Source of the DNA: a virus
Taxonomy: Duplodnaviria > Caudoviricetes
Virus record (IMG/VR): IMGVR_UViG_3300017649_000010
Coordinates: 1-39,187 of that record
Length of the DNA: 39,187 bases
Strand: one strand, 5' to 3'
How positions within the stretch are numbered: position 1 is the first letter of the stretch; the number at the start of each line of letters is the position of its first letter. Under the pieces are notes generated by a model. That model was not told the origin of the DNA, ran no database searches, and was given only the letters and a program-made list of their open reading frames with translations. Of the stretch, positions 34,397-39,187 are shown piece by piece. Made by a program: the position numbers and the translations under genes.

Positions 34397-34969
34397 TCAG
34401 ATGATGTCCGAGAGGTCGGCCACATCCGGCGCGTCGAGGATCGCGTCGAACTCGTCCTCGGCCTTCGCGCGTCCGTCGATGCGCTCACCGTCGCGCACCT
34501 TCTGGATGTTGTTCAGCGCGAAGCTGATCCCCTTGTTGCCGCTCTTATCGTAAGCGAACGGCACCACACTCGCGCGGACAAAGCAGCCGGGATAGAGCTC
34601 CTGCTTGATCTTCTCGGCGGGCATGATCGCCGCCTTGCCCGTCGCAGGGTCTTTGTGGGCGTAGACGACCTGCGGCTTGGTCTTCGTGCGGGCGTTGATG
34701 AAGACACTCCCCTCGGGATAGCCCTTCGCCTCCGCGTCGTAGCGGAAGGGCGAGCGGAGCTGACCCTTGCGCAGCATCTCAGCTCCCTTGCCGGGCCAGC
34801 GTGCCTCGGCTGCCGCGATGACCTCCTGTTTGAGCTGCGTCAGGTCCGCATCCTTCGCGAACACGAACGCCGCCGAAAACTTCGGCTCGTCGCCCGGATT
34901 CTGCGCCTTCTGCGGCTGGTCGATGTACGGGTAGCTGAGCATTGCTACGGGGGTGATGACTGCTGCCAT
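34397..34969 (-). CDS. DUF2815 / T7 gp2.5-like ssDNA-binding protein
   Basis: 'LSYP', 'LYPGCFVRAS', 'GNKGISFALNNIQKVRDGE'; acidic tail. Confidence 0.9.
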   Translation of the reverse strand: MAAVITPVAMLSYPYIDQPQKAQNPGDEPKFSAAFVFAKDADLTQLKQEVIAAAEARWPGKGAEMLRKGQLRSPFRYDAEAKGYPEGSVFINARTKTKPQVVYAHKDPATGKAAIMPAEKIKQELYPGCFVRASVVPFAYDKSGNKGISFALNNIQKVRDGERIDGRAKAEDEFDAILDAPDVADLSDII

Positions 34970-35049
34970 TGCTGCTGTTCTCGTGTGTACTGCCTGACTC
35001 GCCGCCTCGTTACTCTCGCGCGCTCGGCGGCTTCTGCGCGCTGTGTGCG

Positions 35050-35274
35050 TTAGTTGTCGGTGGACTCCATTGCGTTGAGCTCGCCCGCCGTAAGGGTTCG
35101 GATGCTCTTCGACTCTAGGAAGCCGTTCACATCCACCCAGACGCGATAGGGGAAGCTGCCGAAGTAGTGGTCGGTGAAGTGGTCGAGCGCGGCCTCAATG
35201 GCACGCAGCTCCTGTTCGTTCACCAAGAGTGCGAACTTGCGCTCCACCGGCGGGGTGACCTCTTCGATCTTCAC
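35050..35274 (-). CDS. Hypothetical protein
   Basis: GTG 8 nt after the conserved leader motif. Confidence 0.6.
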   Translation of the reverse strand: MKIEEVTPPVERKFALLVNEQELRAIEAALDHFTDHYFGSFPYRVWVDVNGFLESKSIRTLTAGELNAMESTDN

Positions 35275-35300
35275 TGCTTTGCTCTCGTGCGTCCTGCCTG

Positions 35301-36503
35301 TCAGTCTTCCTCGTCACCGCCACTCGGCAGCGCGGGGAACTCTTCACCAGCCGTCACCTGTGCGGCCGGTCGCGGGTCGCTCTCTGGAACGACCGCGTAT
35401 CCGCTCGACACCGACTCCACCAAGTCGGCCGGGAGGTTGCGCCGCCCCACCAGCTTCTCGATCTGATGCGGTGAGAGCAGCTTCGTCTTCTGTATCTCGT
35501 CGTCGCTGTAGCCCTCGGCGCGGAGCCACTGGCGCGCCTCGTCCTCGTCCCTCCAGCGCCGCGTGGCGCGCTTCGCCACGAGCTTCATGCCTTCGACCTT
35601 CTGGCCGTGCGTCAGCTTGTAGTGCGCGGCGCGGCGCATGGCGACGATCCAGTTTTCGAGGATGTCCAGCTTCGAGAGCATCTCCGCGAACAGGTCGTCG
35701 GGCAGCGTCTCGGGCGCGGGCGGTAGGTCTTCCGGCGCGAGCGGCACCGCATCGAATTCGACCTGCGCCACCGCCTGCGCCGCCCTTGCGTACTCGGGGC
35801 AGATGGCGGCGGCAGGGCAGAAGCGACAGTGGTCGCCTGCCACGAGCGGCGCGTCGGGAGCCTGCGTGGCGCGAGCCGCGTCGAGCAGCTCCTTCGCGAA
35901 CGCACGCAGCTCGTCGCGCGTGATGACCTCGCTGCGGATCGGTGGATCACCGAGGCGCGGCTGGACGATTGTGAGGAAGATCGTGTCGGGGCGCTTCCCC
36001 TTCGGGAGTAGCATGAGCGCGCCGAGCGCGTAGTAGCGGAGCTGCGGGTTGCCGACAGCGTCCACGTAGACACCCTGCCCGAACTTCAAGTCGACCACTT
36101 CGAGCGAGTTGTCGACGGGGTTGTAGCTCACGAAGTCGGCGGTGCCGAACATCGGGCCGGGCGGGTTGAGCGGCGCGAGATTGAACTGCGCCTCGATCCA
36201 GTGCCGCAGGTCGCCGCCCATGCGGTCGCGGCAGTAGTCGACGAACACGCGTACGTGTTCGGCCATGCTGTGCGTGATCTCGACGCCTTCGAGCGTCGCG
36301 CCCACCCATGTCTCGGGCGGGAGGCCGCGCCGAAGCGAGAGCTCGGCGAGGGCGTGTGCTGCTGTTCCTTCCTGCGCGTGGGGGCTCGGGAGAGCCGGTG
36401 GCGCCTGCTCGATCATGCGCAGGCTGCCGGGGCATGACATCCACCGCTTCGCGCTCGACGCGCCGAGAGCGGCGTGCTGCTTTGGTGCTACCTTATCTGC
36501 CAC
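35301..36503 (-). CDS. DUF2800 Cas4-like PD-(D/E)XK nuclease
   Basis: 'HAALGASSAKRWMSCPGS', 'GTADF', 'VVDLKFG' and 'HCRFCPAAAIC' motifs. Confidence 0.92.
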   Translation of the reverse strand: MADKVAPKQHAALGASSAKRWMSCPGSLRMIEQAPPALPSPHAQEGTAAHALAELSLRRGLPPETWVGATLEGVEITHSMAEHVRVFVDYCRDRMGGDLRHWIEAQFNLAPLNPPGPMFGTADFVSYNPVDNSLEVVDLKFGQGVYVDAVGNPQLRYYALGALMLLPKGKRPDTIFLTIVQPRLGDPPIRSEVITRDELRAFAKELLDAARATQAPDAPLVAGDHCRFCPAAAICPEYARAAQAVAQVEFDAVPLAPEDLPPAPETLPDDLFAEMLSKLDILENWIVAMRRAAHYKLTHGQKVEGMKLVAKRATRRWRDEDEARQWLRAEGYSDDEIQKTKLLSPHQIEKLVGRRNLPADLVESVSSGYAVVPESDPRPAAQVTAGEEFPALPSGGDEED

Positions 36504-36540
36504 TCAATGGGTCTCGGGGCTCCTGCCTGTTGACGCGGAC

Positions 36541-36586
36541 AACCTATGCGGGCCCGCCGTGCCGGGCAAATCGAAAGTCACCCCCG
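36541..36586 (-). promoter_or_regulatory. Replication-operon promoter with upstream GGGGTGAC box
   Basis: CGGGGGTGACT-N6-TTGCCC-17-TAGGTT. Confidence 0.6.
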
Positions 36587-36630
36587 GTGACAGTAGTGAA
36601 AGCAAGCAAGTGCCGGGACGACTTTTGGGC

Positions 36631-36683
36631 GCTATAGCACCAGCTATAGCAGCTCGACCGGATTGGAGGACATCGACTTACCG
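36631..36683. promoter_or_regulatory. att-arm sites: GCTATAGC tandem and IHF-like site
   Basis: GCTATAGC-acca-GCTATAGC; TTGGA-N6-CGACTTACCG. Confidence 0.5.
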
Positions 36684-36719
36684 GTCGGGTGCCGGTTTTG
36701 GGGCGGGGCGCGATAGTTA

Positions 36720-36757
36720 AGCGCGCCATGAAGGCCGTAATCCCTTCATGGCGCGCT
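36720..36757. repeat. 15-bp perfect inverted repeat near att
   Basis: AGCGCGCCATGAAGG-N8-CCTTCATGGCGCGCT. Confidence 0.8.
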
Positions 36758-36797
36758 CCCTCGGCAGGGTATCAGATGGGCCGGTCTGTGATGAGCC

Positions 36798-36841
36798 GAC
36801 TCATAATCCGACGGTCGCAGGTTCGAGTCCTGCAGGGCCCA
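36798..36841 (+). pseudogene. 3' half of tRNA(CAT, Ile2-type) = prophage att core
   Basis: GACTCATAATCCGACGGTCGCAGGTTCGAGTCCTGCAGGGCCCA: intact T-arm and 3' acceptor strand, but mismatched anticodon stem (GCCGA/TCCGA) and no D-arm. Confidence 0.8.
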
Positions 36842-36904
36842 CTACCACGCGGTCCATAGCACTGTTAGAATTGAAGACTCGTTTGCCCGAGTTTCCGGGC
36901 ACTC

Positions 36905-36978
36905 GGTCGCGTAGCTCAGCTGGTTAGAGCGCTGGTCTCACATACCAGAGGTCCGGGGTTCGAGTCCCTGCGCGACCA
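36905..36978 (+). tRNA. tRNA-Val(CAC)
   Basis: Acceptor GGTCGCG/CGCGACC; D-arm GCTC/GAGC; anticodon stem CTGGT/ACCAG with loop CTCACAT; GTTCGAGTC T-loop; CCA not encoded. Confidence 0.95.
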
Positions 36979-36998
36979 CTGCTTCACCCCCGCTCCAC

Positions 36999-37622
36999 TC
37001 AGGGGCCCTGCTCCACCTTCCTGATGCTCTCGCCATCGTCCAACGGCTCGTAGCTCGAGCCGCACGCGGCGCAGCGCACCCTCCCCGCACCAAGCGGCTC
37101 CGCGGCGAACGACAGCCGCTCGCCGCACTCACACATCCAGCCGATCACGCGCGCGGGAACGCCCGCCACGAGCGCGTACGCGGGCACGCTCCGCGTGACC
37201 ACAGCGCCTGCGGCCACGAACGAGTACTCGCCGAGATCGTGCCCGCACACGATGGTCGCGTTGGCGCCGATGGAGGCACCGCGCTTCACGAGCGTGGCGC
37301 GGTACTCGTGCTTGCGCGAAACGTGGCTGCGCGGGTTGATGACGTTGGTGAACACCGCCGATGGACCGAGGAAGACGTCATCCTCGCAGCGCACGCCCTC
37401 GTAGATGCTCACGTTGTTCTGGACTTTCACGTTGCGCCCGAGCACGACGCCAGGCATCACGACCACGTTCTGGCCCAGGCTGCAATGCTCTCCTATCTCG
37501 GCACCCTTCATCACGTGGCAGAAGTGCCAGATCCTGGTGCCCGCCCCCACCACGGCGCCGTCGTCCACGTAGCTCGACTCGTGAACGAGCGCGCCGCCAG
37601 GAAGCTCGCGCATCTCGCTCAT
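36999..37622 (-). CDS. wbpD: Hexapeptide-repeat N-acetyltransferase (WbpD/WlbB-like)
   Basis: '[10 protein letters not shown]', '[12 protein letters not shown]', 'FTNVINPRS' and '[10 protein letters not shown]' motifs. Confidence 0.85.
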   Translation of the reverse strand: MSEMRELPGGALVHESSYVDDGAVVGAGTRIWHFCHVMKGAEIGEHCSLGQNVVVMPGVVLGRNVKVQNNVSIYEGVRCEDDVFLGPSAVFTNVINPRSHVSRKHEYRATLVKRGASIGANATIVCGHDLGEYSFVAAGAVVTRSVPAYALVAGVPARVIGWMCECGERLSFAAEPLGAGRVRCAACGSSYEPLDDGESIRKVEQGP

Positions 37623-37638
37623 GCGCGAGCCGCGCCGG

Positions 37639-38748
37639 TCAGCGCCGCCTCCCCGCGGCGCCGATGCTCGAGGCATCGGGGTCGCGCGAGAAGGTGCGCA
37701 GCGGGAGCGCGATCTGCGACTCCGAGCGGGCCGACTCGTAGATGGCGAGGATGAGCTCGAGCGATTTGCGCCCCTCGCGGCCGTCGGTGTCGGCGGCAGC
37801 TTCGTGGCGCAGCGTGCGCACGACGTTGGAGTAGTACGGCCCGTGGCCCGACCCGTAGACCGAGAGCGGGTTGGGTGCCGCCTTCAGGAGCTCGGCCTCG
37901 CGATCCAGGTCGTCGTACTCCGCGAAATCCCAGTGCTCGATCCGGTTGAGCGCCGTCCCGCCCACCTTCACCGTCCCGCGCTCACCAATGATGGTGATCG
38001 AGCCCTCCATGTTGCGCGGATAGGTGAGCATGGTGACCTCGATGGTCCCCAGCGCGCCGTTGCGGAAGTGCAGGAGCGCGATCCCCGTGTCCTCGCTCTC
38101 GATACGCCGCGCGAGCGTGGCGGTGCGCGCCACCACCGATTCCACCGGACCCACGAGCCACTGGACCATGTCCACGTAGTGGCTCGCCTGGTTCATGAAG
38201 GCGCCGCCGTCGAACTCCCACGTGCCGCGCCATGGCGCCATGTCGTAGTACGACTGCGGCCGGTTCCAGCGCACGGTGGTGTTGGCGAGATAGATGCGGC
38301 CGAAGCGGCCCAGCTCCACCGAGCGCTTGAGGAGCTGGATGGCGGGGTTGAGCCGGTTCTGCTTCACCACGAAGAGCTGCACGCCCGCCTCGTCGCACGC
38401 GCGCACGAGCGCGTCGGCGTCTTCGAGGCGCGTAGCCATGGGCTTCTCGCAGATGACGTGCATCCCGCGCTCGGCCGCCAGGATCCCATGGCGCGGGTGC
38501 AGGCCGCTGGGCGTGCAGATGGCCATGATGCTGGCGGGCACTTCGTCCAGCATGGCGGCGTAGCTGGTGAACCACGGTATGCCCCACTTCGCGCCGGCGT
38601 TCCGCGCGCGCTCCTCCACCTCGTCGCACACGGCCGCCAGACGGAGCGCGGGCTGCGCGGCGATCGCCTCGAGGTGGCGCTCGCTTATCCGGCCACAGCC
38701 GACGAGCGCTATGGAGTATTGCTGCTGGGCCGCGCTCTTCTCAGACAC
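37639..38748 (-). CDS. wbpB: Gfo/Idh/MocA oxidoreductase (WbpB/WlbA-like)
   Basis: 'GCGRIS', 'ICEKPMA', 'VVKQNR' and '[21 protein letters not shown]' motifs. Confidence 0.85.
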   Translation of the reverse strand: MSEKSAAQQQYSIALVGCGRISERHLEAIAAQPALRLAAVCDEVEERARNAGAKWGIPWFTSYAAMLDEVPASIMAICTPSGLHPRHGILAAERGMHVICEKPMATRLEDADALVRACDEAGVQLFVVKQNRLNPAIQLLKRSVELGRFGRIYLANTTVRWNRPQSYYDMAPWRGTWEFDGGAFMNQASHYVDMVQWLVGPVESVVARTATLARRIESEDTGIALLHFRNGALGTIEVTMLTYPRNMEGSITIIGERGTVKVGGTALNRIEHWDFAEYDDLDREAELLKAAPNPLSVYGSGHGPYYSNVVRTLRHEAAADTDGREGRKSLELILAIYESARSESQIALPLRTFSRDPDASSIGAAGRRR

Positions 38749-39187
38749 GCACCGCCGCCGCTGCCGGCTGCTCCAGGCTCGGCGCCGAACGCCCGGCGCA
38801 AGCGTTGCGCGTGTCGATGACGATCTGCGCGAGCTGACAGACGCGCCCGTAGTCGATCACCGAATGGTCGGTCACCACGATCACGGCGTCCGAGTCGCGC
38901 AGCAGGTCGTCGGTGAGCGGCACGGACTTCCCCACCGCTCCCGCAGGGGTGTGGCCGTCGTCCACGATCTCCGCTATGTACGGGTCGTGGAAGCTCACCC
39001 TCGCGCCCTTCTTCACGAGAAGGTCGAGGATCTCGAGCGCCGGCGATTCGCGGAGATCGTCGATGTCCTTCTTGTACGCGACCCCGAGCACCAGCACCTT
39101 CGATCCGCGCAGCGGCTTGGCGGCTTCGTTGAACGCGTCGGCCACATTCCCCACACAGAACGCCGGAATATCGGTGTTGATCTCGCA
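38741..39187 (-). CDS. Nucleotide-sugar dehydrogenase (WbpA-like), C-terminal part
   Basis: 'VLVLGVAYKKDIDDLRESPAL', 'VTDH' and 'IDTRN'; runs off the window. Confidence 0.88.
   Translation of the reverse strand, partial: CEINTDIPAFCVGNVADAFNEAAKPLRGSKVLVLGVAYKKDIDDLRESPALEILDLLVKKGARVSFHDPYIAEIVDDGHTPAGAVGKSVPLTDDLLRDSDAVIVVTDHSVIDYGRVCQLAQIVIDTRNACAGRSAPSLEQPAAAAVRV

Larger units (their letters stand above)
1..36841. mobile_element. Temperate podovirus-like prophage (left end outside window)
   Basis: Contiguous terminase, portal, scaffold, capsid, tail-hub and ejection genes with no tape measure or sheath; PolA/primase/DUF2800/DUF2815 module; ends at a tRNA 3'-half duplication followed by host tRNA and polysaccharide genes. 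No integrase inside the window. Confidence 0.93.

Noticed and set aside
35301-36503. Cas4-like nuclease as evidence of a CRISPR system
   Set aside because: It is the standard DUF2800 of DUF2800-DUF2815-PolA phage modules; no array is present.
36778-36847. Functional tRNA-Met/Ile(CAT)
   Set aside because: No D-arm and a mismatched anticodon stem; better explained as the att duplication.
36999-39187. wbp-like genes as phage cargo (serotype conversion)
   Set aside because: They lie beyond the att core and tRNA-Val, so they are host chromosome.

Overview
About 36.8 kb of this window is a temperate, podovirus-like (P22-type virion) prophage in a high-GC host. Its left end lies outside the window. 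Its right end is marked by the duplicated 3' half of a CAT-anticodon (Ile2-type) tRNA at ~36798-36841. Three blocks are visible. (1) A minus-strand block (1-4936): SNF2 helicase, Holliday-junction-resolvase-like nuclease, M15 peptidase, holin candidate, Lar-like protein, lipoprotein, Xre HTH. (2) A plus-strand virion block (5590-27365): TerS, TerL, portal, fibre and glycoside-hydrolase-like genes, scaffold, capsid, spanin-like protein, adaptor, tail hub, ejection proteins. (3) A minus-strand replication block (27362-36503): DUF2800 nuclease, DUF2815 SSB, PolA, primase-helicase, dNMP kinase, DUF932, HTH. Host DNA follows: tRNA-Val(CAC) and wbpA/B/D-like nucleotide-sugar genes. The most striking unexplained signals are non-coding: an 18-19 nt motif 7-10 nt before nine start codons, two promoter classes with distinct boxes, an AT-rich origin-like element, and a composite site shared by the terS-terL gap and the att arm. 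Coding surprises include an 11-bp duplication that frameshifts the gene coupled to portal, and a DUF3293 plus glycosylase-fold-like fusion at the end of the ejection genes. Family names come from motif recognition only; no database search was run.
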